DNA from: Octopus vulgaris
Taxonomy: Eukaryota
Assembly (NCBI GenBank): GCA_951406725.2
Contig: OX597816.1
Coordinates: 44,392,001-44,456,000 of the forward strand
Direction of reading: 5' to 3'
DNA length: 64,000 bases
Shown: piece after piece, positions 33,209 to 47,382 of the stretch
Layout of the letters: each line of letters starts with the position of its first letter
Position numbering within the stretch: the stretch's first letter is position 1
Notes under the pieces: model-generated
Seen by the model: only the letters and a program-made list of their open reading frames with translations
What the model was told of the DNA's origin: nothing
Databases searched by the model: none
Program-made: the position numbers and the translations under genes

Positions 33209-33337
33209 GGAATATATATATAGTTAGGTATATAGATATATATATGCATATACATATATATATACATTTCTGTAGACATATATACATACATGCGTATTAT
33301 ACATATATATACATATACACATACACACACACGCACG

Positions 33338-33371
<34 letters not shown>

Positions 33372-33391
33372 CATAATTACATACATGTATT

Positions 33392-33545
<154 letters not shown>

Positions 33546-34147
33546 TATGTATGTATGAATATCAGTGTAAAGTGTTGTCATGAGTAGGGAATGGAGTGTG
33601 TGTGAGCAAGCGAGAAAGTGAGAGAGAGAGAAAAAAAGACAGCAGAGAGACAGAAGCAGAGAGTATGAGTGTTGTCTGCTTGCGTTAAGCAGACTAGAAA
33701 TGAAAATACTAATCAAAATTTCTTTTATATCGAAATAATGTGTGGTGAAAGGAAATCACTTTAGTCGATTTCCTGTTGGAAAAGTAAAATATCAAACAGA
33801 ACCTAAAACGAAAACAACAATTATAAAACCATGAAACGAAATTTCTTGGTTGGAATCGGCCAAATTGGTTTAATTCTATTGAGAAGAACGGTTGTAGGTT
33901 CGTTCTTCAGTTTATTGTCTTCCGCTTTTAAACGAATCATGAAAGTGAATATATTTTTTTTCTCTTCGAATTTGCCACTAATAGGGTAATGACAGTGCAG
34001 TACAGAATGGAGAATGTTCCGGTGTTGGCGACATTGCAGCACACGGTTGTTAATCTCTAATTTGAAGGCAGGGGCGTGCTTCCTCATGACCGGGGATAAA
34101 ATTCTACTGGTCCATATGTTGCAGGGAAACCAGAATATCTGCAATTG

Positions 34148-34186
<39 letters not shown>

Positions 34187-34904
34187 AATATATATATATA
34201 AATTCTTTCATGTCTTGGGATTCACGGTAAAAACGGCTTTGGTGGAATTGCGCAAAAAATTACACAGATGTGTAAAATGATCCAGCGGTGATGCTGGGCT
34301 TTGTATTTTTTCATATCTCCCTTGGCTACCGAGATAATCTACTATAATAATACTCTAGTGTTTATGAATGAGAAAGGAAGGGGTGATAAATGAATAAGGA
34401 AGGAAGAGGTGATGTCATACTTGGTAGTGGGATGAGGAAAATCATACGCAGTAAACAACATGAAATACAACAGTAAACAGCATGAAAAAAGAAAAAAAAT
34501 GAGTTCAATACGCAAACAACCAAAGAAACAAACGGAAAACAGGACAAATAACACAAAGAATAACCTTTCATCAGTTGTCGGCTGTCTATCTACTCCTCAT
34601 ATCGAGCATTCAACAAAAATAAGAGTCTTCGAAGACAATTGTTCCCATAAGTATCAAAATATGATTTTGGATTTATAGATGGTCAAAGTTGGGAAGAAAA
34701 AAAGGACAGGGGAGACATACATGGAAGCCGAACGAAAACAAACATGGAGTGTCGTTAGACCAAAACGAGAGTAAAATGGCGAACGGTGGAGAAATATTTT
34801 CTTTGAAAAGAGAAAAGATATAAGAAAGATAGAATACGTCCAGTCCTTAGGACACACTGAAGGAAATGAAAAATGATCAGGCTAGGAAAAGAAAGATAGA
34901 CGAT

Positions 34905-35392
34905 TGACCCAAGCCAACGATAGCAAAGGATATCTATTGTGAGCAGATTAAGAGGCTTAAGTCAGCACTAGAAAAAAAACTACCGTCTTTAGTTTCAAGA
35001 CGAAAGGTGTTGTTCAATCAGGCTAATGCTCGGCCACATACAACGGCGATGACATTCCAAAGGCTGGGGCAGTTTGAATGGGAAACGATGCCCCATCCAC
35101 CATATTCAGACATTGTCTCATCTGATTATCATTTATTCCACAGTCTTTAAAATCATTTGGACGGAACAAATATTAATTCTGTAGATGAGGTCAGAACAGT
35201 ACCGGAGGAGTAATTTTCGTCACGGACGAGTGAATTTTGGAAGAGGGGCCTATGCAAATCTACCACATAGATGGAAGAGTATTGTAGAAAATGAAGGAGA
35301 GTATATTTAGAATAAAATAAAGGAATTTGTTTATCTTAATTCTGAAACATAAAAGAAGTATTAAAAGCTCGCATTATTTATGGGATGGCCAT
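34905..35392 (+). mobile_element. Mariner (DD34D) transposase 3' relic
   Basis: Manual translation YCEQIKRLKSALEKK...VLFNQANARPHT...FEWETMPHPPYSDIVSSDYHLFHSL* matches the mariner HDNARPH and HPPYSPDLAPSDYHLF motifs; stops present. Confidence 0.9.
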
Positions 35393-35559
35393 GAACTTCT
35401 ACGGATTCTACCTGTCTCCTCTCATCACCCACGAACTCTACTGGACTTTCTACACTTCAGCTGCACCTCTCCTGCCTATGGATTACACTGGACTCCTCTG
35501 TTGATGAAACATCGCTCCAATACACCACAACGTCTGAAGCATTTGAACCTTTTGAACTT

Positions 35560-35720
35560 TTCATATATTTTTTTTCATTCTGTGTTCCTCTCTGTAGAAG
35601 AGCATAGGCTCGAAGGGTTAAAGAATTTTTCTCTTTGCGAGCGTTATACTAATACATCTGTTTGTTGCCTACACCACCTAGCTTCGTTTTCTGTTGTCTT
35701 TTGGTGTAAATTCTCCTCCT
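35560..35720 (+). mobile_element. Repeat family E, copy 2
   Basis: CTGTAGAAGAGCATAGGCTCGAAG...GAGCGTTATACTAATACATCTGTTTG is shared with the other two copies. Confidence 0.65.
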
Positions 35721-35763
35721 ATATATATATATATATATATATATATGTAGGTATGTATGTGCG

Positions 35764-35796
<33 letters not shown>

Positions 35797-35847
35797 GTAT
35801 ATATATATGTATATATACATATATATATATGTGTATATATATATATG

Positions 35848-35911
<64 letters not shown>

Positions 35912-36848
35912 CGTGTGTGTAATGTATGTATGTATGTATGTATTATGTATGTATTCACAAGGCAAATGATACAGACCGAAAACGGAATACACAGGGAAAC
36001 TTTATTGCTCATAACGATCGTTTCGACACATCCTGTATCGAACCTTTGTGGGTGAGAAACTATACACCTAATTTTGGTGCATCCTTCGGTGTAGAAGCAT
36101 CTGGTCCGTTGATGTAATAAGATCCAGCGACAGTTGTGTAATTACCGTGAGTGAGGCCAGGTAGCCATAGGCAGTGAACGTAGTTTACCGACGTACTACT
36201 AGGAACATAACCAACACTTAAATATTGACTTACGTACATGTGTGTGTGTACGTGTGTGTATGCGTGCGTGCATGTGCGTATGTATTAATGTGTATGTGTG
36301 CGTGTACGATTGCATTTGTCACTCCCGTAGCTCACCAATTGGTGTTGGTAGGCTTACGTGTTCGTAACGTTACAGATCGGCAAAAAATCCCCAGAGAACA
36401 AGTACCAGACGAAACTTACGTACTGGTATCGATTCGCTCAACTAAATCCATGAAAGTGATAGATAACTCAAGATGGCTGCAGTCTATTGACCTAAACAAG
36501 AAATGAGCATATCGCAAGCATATAAGAATGAAACATTGATGGCTGAAAGAAACACGCAAGCGTTAAGTAAAGAAAAGAGCGCGTCAATCTTGCTGTAACA
36601 TGTATATCTAATGTACAAACTTGAATAGAAGCGAACAGATCAATACTCAGTGATATTTGAAATCAGATCATTTACTTGAATTTAATGATGTACATTTATC
36701 GATATATCTGTTTTGCCTTCTTTTATGTTCATATGGCGGTTTGGAAGGCCGCGTGTCTTTAAGTTTATAATGTGGAATATGGGAGCTCGAAAAGAACAAG
36801 AATCTTTAACGAATGTTAAAAGTAAAGACAAATGATAGCAGAAAAACA

Positions 36849-36885
<37 letters not shown>

Positions 36886-36887
<2 letters not shown>

Positions 36888-37437
36888 CAGTACCAGGCAG
36901 TGGCTCTCATGGCTTCTCATCTTAACTGACTGGTATTTTGGTATGAAAGATGAGCTACAGCAAATATTCTGCTCAATGCCACAGATTTGCTTGTCAGTTG
37001 TTTGACCATAACCAGTTGAGCATGCCCCTTAATGCCTGACGATATGTGCATCTCTGATCACGAGCATAAGTAGTGGGGGAACATCCTAGCCATGTGATGA
37101 GAAAAACTATTTGGGGCTTTGATAATTCACCTGTGGAAACAAGGGTGTTTCGCTCATGTTAGACATCCCTTAAACATCCCCTAAACTTCCCTTAAACATC
37201 CCTTATTCAGGGACCTTTTGAGCGGGATGGGCTACTCGACCTGAAGAAAATTCTAAATGGGCCCCACCTGCAAGGTCATGTGCTGATTATCTTGATATGA
37301 GATCACCATGTTGCGCACATATTGTTGCGATGTATGTGCCTGTTGCACTCTTATCAAACGGGTAGTCATTATGGGTATACTGGGCTTCGTCTATTTTAGC
37401 CTTGTGTCACTTTGATAGCATGCACTGTTTTCTCGCA
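36886..37437 (+). mobile_element. Family D element, copy 3
   Basis: Same 5' start after (GAT)n; internal 11-bp ACATCCCTTAA expansion near 37163-37205. Confidence 0.85.
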
Positions 37438-37596
37438 GAAGAATAGCAGCAACAACAACAACAACAACAACAATAACAACAACAATAATAATAATAATAA
37501 TAATAATCATGATAGCTTGAGCTTCTAGCTCGTCTTTTCTGGTTTCTGGGTGAGACTTGGAGTCAACTTGTAGAAATGCAAAGCAAAAGCCAAACA

Positions 37597-37659
<63 letters not shown>

Positions 37660-37699
37660 TTCATGTTTTTGTCATCAAGCGAAGGATGAGGGGGACAAT

Positions 37700-38850
37700 A
37701 CAAAGACACACAAAAACACTTGGGGTTTACACATAATGAAAGGATAAAATGATTATTAGAAAAAAAGGACGTATACACAATATAAAATGAAATGTAAGGA
37801 CTTATACATAGGTTTAAAGAAAAGGGGAGAGGATGATTGACATATAGCTCTCCGGATACAGAATGACCTTTAGAGATAATCCAGGAACCCCGTTGTCCGA
37901 AATTTCACTGAACACCAAGCGCAAGTGCCCTTCTCCAATTCCTTCTCTCCCACTCATAGGCCCATACCTAGAGAGGTATTATCCACTCTTGTCATTTTCG
38001 CAACTTTCACCCACCTTCCAATAAACTCACTCGAGGACAGCACTTCCTTCTCCACTCTCAATTTCCTGTGAGAGCTCTTCCAAAGAGGAATCTATCTGTC
38101 CTCATGCCTTTCAGCCCTGTCCACCAAACAACCTTTTTCGCCACAGCTACCAGACAAAGGAAAACTGCCTTGCCTGCCCGACTGAAGGAGGGTGGCAGGG
38201 CAATCATCTCTACAGACTCGGACGATAAACGAATCCGTTCTATACGTGACAGCAACTGTTCGACATAACTCCAAAATCAACAATGCTTGGATACTGAAAG
38301 AGTGCGTGCAGAACGGTTTCGTCACTCTACGCGCACCATGGACAAGCCCATCTGACAAACCATCCATGCCTGTAGAGTTTTCTCGAACGAGTAGAGTCCC
38401 CCCGCCACTGTACCATTGTCAGGCCAAGGACATCTGGAAACTATCCATTATAACTATCCATTATAACTTCGTTTTCGTCACCACCCAGAAACTGCACAAG
38501 AACGTCTCGTCGCACTTCCCCGCCACTAATCCTCTATAAATTTCTAAAGCGGAACATACACCCATCTCATTACCCGACTTGAATAGCGCTGTGAGCGCCT
38601 GATGACGTCCTAGGTGCCAGGTGCTCAGTGACGTTCTTTTCTCCACCCAAGACTGCAGCTCCGCCAAGGACACGAGGTGCGGAAAGATGAGCTTCACAAA
38701 CGAAGCCCATACAAGCTCACCATCCAGAAATCGTAGCAGGTGGCGTAACCTAAGAGCGTGTCTGCGCATTAGGAGCCACAACATACCTAATCTGCCATTC
38801 AGAGGATGCTGGCAACAGACTCACTGCCTTACCAATGGAAAGCTTCCCTA
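37700..38850 (-). mobile_element. Second Tx1/L1-type LINE subfamily, degenerate 3' fragment
   Basis: CCQHPLNG...LMRRHALRLRHLLRFLDGELVW and LSRIERIRLSSESV...AVAKKVVWW align with the element at 22242. Confidence 0.85.
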
Positions 38851-38864
38851 TGCTGGATCATAGA

Positions 38865-39124
38865 TAAAGCATGCCCTATTGACAAGGTATGCGATAACGG
38901 AGAAAGAAAAGTCGGTAGATATGACAGGTTGATAAAAATCTTGAGAAGTACATGGGGCAAATAGGGGCTGCAATAAGGGTGGAACCCTTGCAGAAAACAG
39001 CACTAGTTGGAACAGCTCAAATACTCTGGAAGGTGCTCGGAAAATAAGAGGTGTTATCTTAGTTCACTGGTAGTGAACAGCTGACACCGTAGTACATCTC
39101 CAGCATTAGAAGCTGTGCAAAGGC
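38865..39124 (+). mobile_element. R4/Dong-like LINE 3' end
   Basis: LQKTALVGTAQILWKVLGK*, then 3' UTR and (AAT)n. Confidence 0.7.
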
Positions 39125-39156
<32 letters not shown>

Positions 39157-39179
39157 TAATAATAATAATAATAATAAAC

Positions 39180-40354
39180 GAAGCCCAAAATCTGACATAG
39201 AAAGACTATATATACAACGTATAGAAGGTGGTAGAGGCCTTATACACCTGGAAAACTACTATGAAATAACCACCATAGGACTGCAAAAATACCTACTTCA
39301 GAAGGAAGGAAAACTGATCCAGATAGCAGCAAAACACGAGCAAAACAAAAAACTGTTCTCAGTATTTAAGGAAGCTGACAAATACAAACAAGAAATCATA
39401 CCACCTAATAAACACAAAGAAGAAGAAGAAGATGATGAAGAAACAACAAAAGCTATAAAACAAATGAAATCCAAACTAAAAATAGAACAGCAACGAGCCA
39501 TGATAAAACGATGGCAAGAAAAGCCCCTTCATGGTAAATACTGCACTAAACTAAACGCAAAAGAAATAGACAAAGAAAAATCCCAGCAATGGTTGAGAAG
39601 CTCAGGACTCAAAGCAGAAACAGAGGGATTTTTAATTGCAGCACAAGACCAAAGCCTCCCCACCAGAAATTACCAAAAACATGTAATGAACAGAAATATT
39701 ACAAGTAACTGCAGAATATGTGGAGATGGACAAGAAACAATAAATCATATTATCTCTAGCTGCCCAGTCCTGGCTAAGAAGGAATATATTCACAGACATG
39801 ACAGAGTTGGAACCTACATACATTGGAAGCTATGCCAACATTATGGAATAACAACAGAAAAAAGATGGTATAGGCACACACCAGAAAAGGTCACAGAAAA
39901 CGAGAAAGCAACCATACTCTGGGATATGCCGATACACACAGATAGAGAAATTAAGGCCAACAGACCAGATATAGTTGTCAGAGATCATGAAGAAAAAAAT
40001 GCTTTCTAATTGATGTATCAATACCGGCAGATGACAACGTGTCTCTAAAAGAAATGGAGAAACTCTCAAAATACAAAGACCTGGAAATAGAGGTAACCAG
40101 AATGTGGAATCTGAAAACAGAAACAATTCCTATCATAGTAGGTGCATTAGGCATGATAAAAAAATATTCAGACAAATACATAACAAAAACACCAGGACTT
40201 ACAAACACATATAACATACAGAAAATTGCACTACTAGGCACTGCACACATCCTACGCAGAACACTTTCCATACAATAACCATCAGAGCATCACAACAAAT
40301 CACAGCACATACCCAAGGCACACAGAGCTGCGCTCGGTAGTGAAGTGAAAGCAC

Positions 40355-40355
<1 letters not shown>
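39180..40355 (+). mobile_element. Young R4/Dong-like LINE 3' fragment (CCHC knuckle plus restriction-like endonuclease)
   Basis: PKSDIERLY...GGRGL...ETEGFLIAAQDQ...CRICGDGQETINHIISSC...RHD...RPDIV, then LIDVS...KYKDL...IQKIALLGTAHILRR. One frameshift at an A-run near 39995; (AAT)n on both sides. Confidence 0.95.
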
Positions 40356-40437
<82 letters not shown>

Positions 40438-41212
40438 GCAACAACAATAACAGCAGCAATGATAATGATAAAAGTATAACTACATGCATAATGAATACTA
40501 ATAATAAATGATGTCAGAATTTATGTGAAGCTATTTTTATGTTACTGTTAGATAATGACGAGGAGACGTATTATATTGTTTGTGGAATGGTTGTCAGAGC
40601 AAAGCAAAGGTTGCCTATCACAGCAGAACATGCTGTGATAGACTGTGTTTAGCAACATATAGATAGAACAGACACCATTGTAACAATTGCTGTCGAAAGT
40701 GCGAAGCGATTCAATGAGAGAATAAGGTTAATGTTTGTGCTTGTGACGGCGTAAATATATATATATGAATGTATGTATGTTTGATGCATGTAAGTATGTG
40801 TGATTGTAGTATGTATGTATGTATGTATGTGACGGTATATTCTTGTATGTAGGAATGATGTGTGTGTACGTGTGTCTCTGTGTGTGCTTTCACTAGGAAG
40901 CATTGTCCTGAGTATGGCAAGAGCGAAATAGACATATAAATTAATGGAAAGACGGGACGAAAGTGTGAAAGAGTGGTGGGTACAGAGAAATGAAATATGA
41001 AGACAATTGTTAGAATTAACAATGGGCATAAAAAAAAACAAAAACGTTCATAAAGAGATTGGCAAGCAGATAGAGGGAGAGATGAAGATGGAGAGAAAGA
41101 GACAGACAGAGAGAACTGGACAAAGTTTGAGAGAAAGGGAGATGTTTAGGTGACAGTGAGAGAAACAAGCAGGAATTCAGTGTGCAACCATATATACATT
41201 TGTGCTTATACA

Positions 41213-41334
<122 letters not shown>

Positions 41335-42167
41335 ATACAGTACACATGTCCTCATGCTTGTATGTATACATGTATATATAACATACGTGTGTGTATGTAT
41401 GTATGTATGTATGTATGTATATATATAAGTATACGCGTGTTTTATTCATATGAGTAAGGGTATAATGAGACGTGGAGATAGAAAAGAAAAGTTCGACACG
41501 GTTCATAACAAACACACGGAAACAAAAAATAGTAATAATGAAAAACAAAATAAATAATATAAACTCGATTCATTTTCTGCTCTTCTTTATCTTCTCTTGT
41601 TTTCGTATTTTATTATTTCATGCTTGTTTGTTGTTGCCATTTTACTCCTTTGGACACTGTTCGGAAATGTATCTGTGATATGACAGCAGATATATAGAAA
41701 CAAAAGCAAAAATGACAGAAAAAATACATTGTCAGTTATTTCACACTAGAAATAGATAAATCAACTGTCATTGGTTTTAGAAATGCCAGTTTATACGGGT
41801 TGTTGTTTTCTCTTTTTTTTCCTCCCTTTGTTTGTTCGTTTGGCTCTGTAACGGATAGAACAAAACAAAACAAAACAAAAAAAAACATTGCTTGAAGTTA
41901 ACGGCAAGGAAGGAAAGACAATAATATCATCAACAAGACAAGACATGTTTTAATGCAGAGAAATCTATTAATTTCTTTTGAAACTTTCTTATGTATGTGT
42001 ATGGGTGTGTGTGTGTGTGTGTGAATGAATATATGTATATATGTATGTATGTATGTATATATGTATATATATATATATATACATACATACATACATATAT
42101 ACAAAAATAAAATATATATTCATTCACACACACACACCCATACACATACATAAGAAAGTTTCAAAAG

Positions 42168-42217
<50 letters not shown>

Positions 42218-42890
42218 GCACACACGCACACACATATATATGTATACGTATATGTATATATATACATCCGTAAATATATGCATATATTCATACACACGCA
42301 CATGTTACTCGTTGCTTTCCACCTTGTTATTGTTCTTATTGGGTATGTAGCCCCGCATTCAGCCTTACTAGTGGAGTTCGATGGCCAAAGAGTTTTCAGT
42401 TTTGACCATGTAGTCGAATTTTTTCTTTAACACTCTATGACTATAATTATCGATTGTGTGCCACTTGAATTTATGTGCGTAGGATATGATAAGAGAGAGT
42501 TTTAGTTGCTTTAGACATTTAGCAGATTGATTGAGCAATTACAAATAGACTCTCTCTCCTCGGCTTTGTTATTTAATTTATGTAAAATATGTTGATCTTC
42601 ATTGTTTATTTCTAGATCACTTTCATCATTCTAAACAGGCATATGGTCGAGACCATTTCATTTATGGCCACTTCATTTTTATTTCGGACAACCGTGTCTA
42701 TCTGGGTACTTTGTTTCGTCTGAAATGCGACAGAATAATAAACGTGAAAACCAGCTACAATTTCCAATGGGTCGACCGACCTAATATAAGGCCATACACG
42801 GGCCCATTTTGCATACCATTGTAGACATCACCAACTCTACAATGTCCCTATAATGTATTACTCAGGATCATTGTGTGATGTTCTGAGATA

Positions 42891-43295
42891 TCTTTATATA
42901 TAAAATAGAAATTGAGGTTGTGTGTTGTCTGTCTCCTACGATTTAGATTCCTATCTACTCCCACATTTTGCGGTGCAGTTTAACCAAAACCAGGTATCTT
43001 ATAGTCGTCATTCATATCGAGCCCTTCTCGGTATTAGCGCGCGTCTACGATGAGTATACGATTTGAAAAAAAAATTGCCATCAATTGTTCCCATTTTTAA
43101 TGCATTTTTGGCATATATAAGGGAAGTAACTCTCTAAAAATTTATTATTAAATCTCAGAACCTAAAAAGCTACAGTAACACCCCACCCCCTTTGTGGTTA
43201 GCCATATTGAGATGGCTATTATACTTTACATCTCTAAAAATGCTTATATAGTTATTTCCCTTACAAACCCGAGCAACGCCGGGCGATACTGCTAG
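42891..43295 (+). mobile_element. Non-autonomous Helitron, copy 1
   Basis: 5' A|TC, subterminal hairpin CCCGAGCAACGCCGGG and 3' CTAG|T, with no TSD. Confidence 0.85.
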
Positions 43296-43704
43296 TTTCT
43301 ATTAATTTGCTGTTTGATAAGTCAATCGTCTCTAAGAGACAAACATCTTTAAATTAGAGTTATTTGGAAACATTAGTGTTTGATTAATTGTTGAATTTAT
43401 TATTAGAGAGTTATCATTATTTCTTGTATGCAGCAGAATACAGGTGAACATGAGCACTTGTCATTGGCAGTCGGAGCCATCATGAAATAGCATGATTTCT
43501 TGTTTGGACCAATATGAATGTCTCTCTCTATTGGGACATCCTATTTCATTTTGTGTACATTTGCTTCCAATGTTTGTTTTGTTTTTTTCTTTCTTTCATA
43601 ATCTATCCTGTATCACATTCTCCTTAATGTTTTGCAAATTGCTTCCCGTCTCAGTATTCGCCTTTGTGATGAATAAGTGAATGAAGAATGCTGATTGTGT
43701 GTGC

Positions 43705-43735
<31 letters not shown>

Positions 43736-44139
43736 CTCTTTTTCTCTCTTTTTTTTACTCTTTTTACTTGTTTCAGTCATTTGACTGCGGCCATGCTGGA
43801 GCACCGCCTTTAGTCGAGCAAATCGACCCCGGGACTTATTCTTTGTAAGCCCAGTACTTATTCTATCGGTCTCTTTTGCCGAACCGCTAAGTTACGGGGA
43901 CGTAAACACACCAGCATCGGTTGTCAAGCAATGCTAGGGGAACAAACACAGACACACAAACATATTCACACACACTTATATATATATACATATATACAAC
44001 AGGCTTCTTTCAGTTTCCGTCTACCAAATCCACTCACAAGGCATTGGTCGGCCCGGGGCTATAGCAGAAGACACGTGCCCAAGATGCCACGCAGTGGGAC
44101 TGAACTCGGAACCATGTGGTTGGTTAGCAAGCTACTTAC

Positions 44140-44140
<1 letters not shown>
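43736..44140 (-). mobile_element. Young SINE A copy, present in only one duplicate
   Basis: Reverse complement of the 15138 type; absent from the paralogous (TA)n at ~46287-46320. Confidence 0.9.
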
Positions 44141-44188
<48 letters not shown>

Positions 44189-44314
44189 ATATATGCTTTT
44201 TTCTTTTTCTTTGTTTCGTCTCTACTTATTTCAGTCATTTGACTGTGACCATGCTGGTGCACCGCCTTTAGTCGGACAAATATATCTATATCTATCTATC
44301 TATATATATATATG

Positions 44315-44350
<36 letters not shown>

Positions 44351-44647
44351 TGTGTATATATATCACGTGATCGCCACCGCCACTCTGCTGGAGCCTCGTG
44401 GAACTTTAGGTGTTTTCGCTCAATAAACACTCACAACACCCGGTCTGGGAATCGATACCGCGATCCTACGACCGCGAGTTCGCTGCCCTAACCACTGGGC
44501 CATTGCACCTTCACATATCTATATATATATTGTGATAGACTGACTGACAGACAGATGGACATATAGATAGATAGATAGTTAGATAGATAGATACATACAT
44601 ACATACATACATACATACATACATACATACATACATACATACATACA

Positions 44648-44676
<29 letters not shown>

Positions 44677-44678
<2 letters not shown>

Positions 44679-44810
44679 GTTTCTTTATTAGCCACACAGG
44701 GCTGCACACAGACAGGACAAATTACAAGGTAGAGCTTTTCTTTTGGGGGTAAAATAGGGGGTTTGGCTTTCGATCAAAAGGGATCGGAAAAGGAAAGAAA
44801 CAGGACAAAA

Positions 44811-44813
<3 letters not shown>
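44677..44813 (-). mobile_element. Extreme 3' end of the Tx1-type LINE
   Basis: Reverse complement TGTGTGCAGCCCTGTGTGGCTAATAAAGAAACAT matches ~24070-24103. Confidence 0.88.
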
Positions 44814-44885
<72 letters not shown>

Positions 44886-45475
44886 TTATAAGTTTTGCAA
44901 TTCACATTGCCATAATTTTTTTTACTCTAAATTCGTCCTGATGAAATACATGCATGATAGAAGGACTTACCCTTAATCTTCTTTACTTTGCACTTCAGCT
45001 TTGAAGACGATTATAAAGAGTAGTAAACTCAACATCAGATTTCTAATTTTGATACGAGAACACCGGAACGCAATTATGTGTTCGGTTCCCAACTCTTTTC
45101 AGGTACGATACCGATTCCTGTTCAGTATGCTATCAACAGTGAACGACGAGGTATATCTTGAAAATAAATCTAGTTGTCAAGTCTTGCCTGTTTCACGTTC
45201 CCTTGGAATGATTAGCTGCTATTTCTAGCGTCGAAGCCTATCACTTACAGTGGGGGAAAAAACTACAAAGTTATATATCCTGCTAATTAAATGGTAATAC
45301 GCACCCTTATTATTTGTCATGTGTAAACCCGAGAGGTAATATTCGTATTGCATCTCTTATGTGTTTTCCTGCCAGTTGTTTGACCGTTTTAGTCAGCTTT
45401 TGTCGATAACGAACTTTTAATTAAAGTACTAACAGGGATTTCTATTTGCAACTCATTCAAATAACAAGTTGAATA

Positions 45476-45873
45476 TCTTTTTATATAAAAGTGAGGTTGT
45501 GTGTTGTCTGTCTCCTACGATTTGGATTCCTAACTACTCCCACATTTTGCGGTGCAGAGTAACCAAAAGCGGGTATCTTATAGTCGTGATTCATATCGAG
45601 CCCTTCTCGGTATTAGCGCGCGTCTACGATGAGTATACGATTTGAAAAAAAAAATACCATCAATTTTTCCCATTTTTAATGCATTTTTGGCATATAAAAG
45701 GGAAGTAACTCTCTAAAAATTTATTATTAAATCTCAGAACGTAAAAAGCTACAGTAACCCCTCCCCCCTTTGTGGTTAGCCATATTGAGATGGCTATTAT
45801 ACTTTACATCTCTAAAAATGCTTATATAGTTATTTACCTTACAAACCCGAGCAACGCCGGGCGATACTGCTAG
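45476..45873 (+). mobile_element. Non-autonomous Helitron, copy 2
   Basis: Same termini and body as copy 1. Confidence 0.85.
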
Positions 45874-46282
45874 TTTCTATTAATTTGCTGTTTGATAAGT
45901 CAATCGTCTCTAAGAGACAAACATCTTTAAATTAGAGTTATTTGGAAACATTAGTGTTTGATTAGTTGTTGAATTTAATATTAGAGAGTTATCATTATTT
46001 CTTGTATGCAGCAGAATACAGGTGAACATGAGCACTTGTCATTGGCAGTCGGAGCCATCATGAAATAGCATGATTTCTTGTTTGGACCAATATGAATGTC
46101 TCTCTCTATTGGGACATCTTATTTCATTTTGTGTACATTTGCTTCCAATGTTTGTTTTGTTTTTTTCTTTCTTCCATAATCTATCCTGTATCACATTCTC
46201 CTTAATGTTTTGCAAATTGCTTCCCGTCTCAGTATTCGCCTTTGTGATGAATAAGTGAATGAAGAATGCTGATTGTGTGTGC

Positions 46283-46322
<40 letters not shown>

Positions 46323-47382
46323 TTTTTTTTCTTTTTCTTTGTTCCGTTTCTACTTATTTCAGTCATTTGACTACGACCATGCTGGTGTACCGCCTTTAGT
46401 CAGACAAATATATGTATGTGTGTATGTATGTATGTATGTATGTATGTATGTATGTATGCATGCATGTATGTATGTATGTATGTATATATATATATATATA
46501 TATCACGTGATCACCACCCCCACCCCCTGGAACTTTGGGTGTTTTCGCTCAAGAAACACTCACAACACCCGGTCTGGGAATCGAAACCGCGATCCTACGA
46601 CCGCGAGTCCGCTGCCCTAACCACTGAGCCACTGCACCTCCACATATCTATATATATATTGTGATAGACTAACTGACAGACAGATGGACATATAGATAGA
46701 TAGATAGGTAGATAGATAGATAGATATTATAAGTTTTGCAATTCACATTGCCATAATTTTTTTACTCTAAATTCGTCCTGATGAAATAATAGATGCATGA
46801 TAGAAGGGCTTACCCTTAATCTTCTTTACTTTGCACTTCAGCTTTGAAGACGATTATAAAGAGTAGCAGATTCAACATCAGATTTCTAATTTTGATACGA
46901 GAACACCGGAACGCAATTATGTGTTCGGTTCCCAACTCTTTTCAGGTACGATACCGATTCCTGTTCAGTATGCTATCAACAATGAACGACGAGGTATATC
47001 TTGAAAATAAATCTAGTTGTCAAGTCTTGCCTGTTTCACGTTCCCTTGGAATGATTAGCTGCTGTTTCTAGCATCGAAACATATCACTTACAGTGGGGGA
47101 TAAAACTACAAAGTTACATATCCTGCTAATTAAATGGTAATACGCACCCTTATTATCTGTCATGTGTAAACCCGAGAGGTAATATTCGTATTGCATCTCT
47201 TACGTGTTTTCCCGCCAGTTGTTTGACCATTTTAGTCAGCTTTTGTCGATAACGAATTTTTAATTAAAGTACTAACAGGGATTTCTATTTGCAACTCATT
47301 CAAATAACAAGTTGAATATCTTTATATATAAAAGTGTCTCTATAATGTATTACTCAGGATCATTGTGTGATGTTCTGAGATA

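Larger units (their letters stand above)
42891..47336. repeat. Local tandem duplication (Helitron + flank) x2
   Basis: 43296-45475 aligns with 45874-47318; ORF pairs 43492/46070 and 45001/46844 are near-identical. Confidence 0.93.

Noticed and set aside
36000-36030. Minus-strand GTC-GAAACGATCGTT-ATGAG-CAATAAA, like an HHR 3' half
   Set aside because: No matching CUGANGA or 5' stem strands were found nearby.
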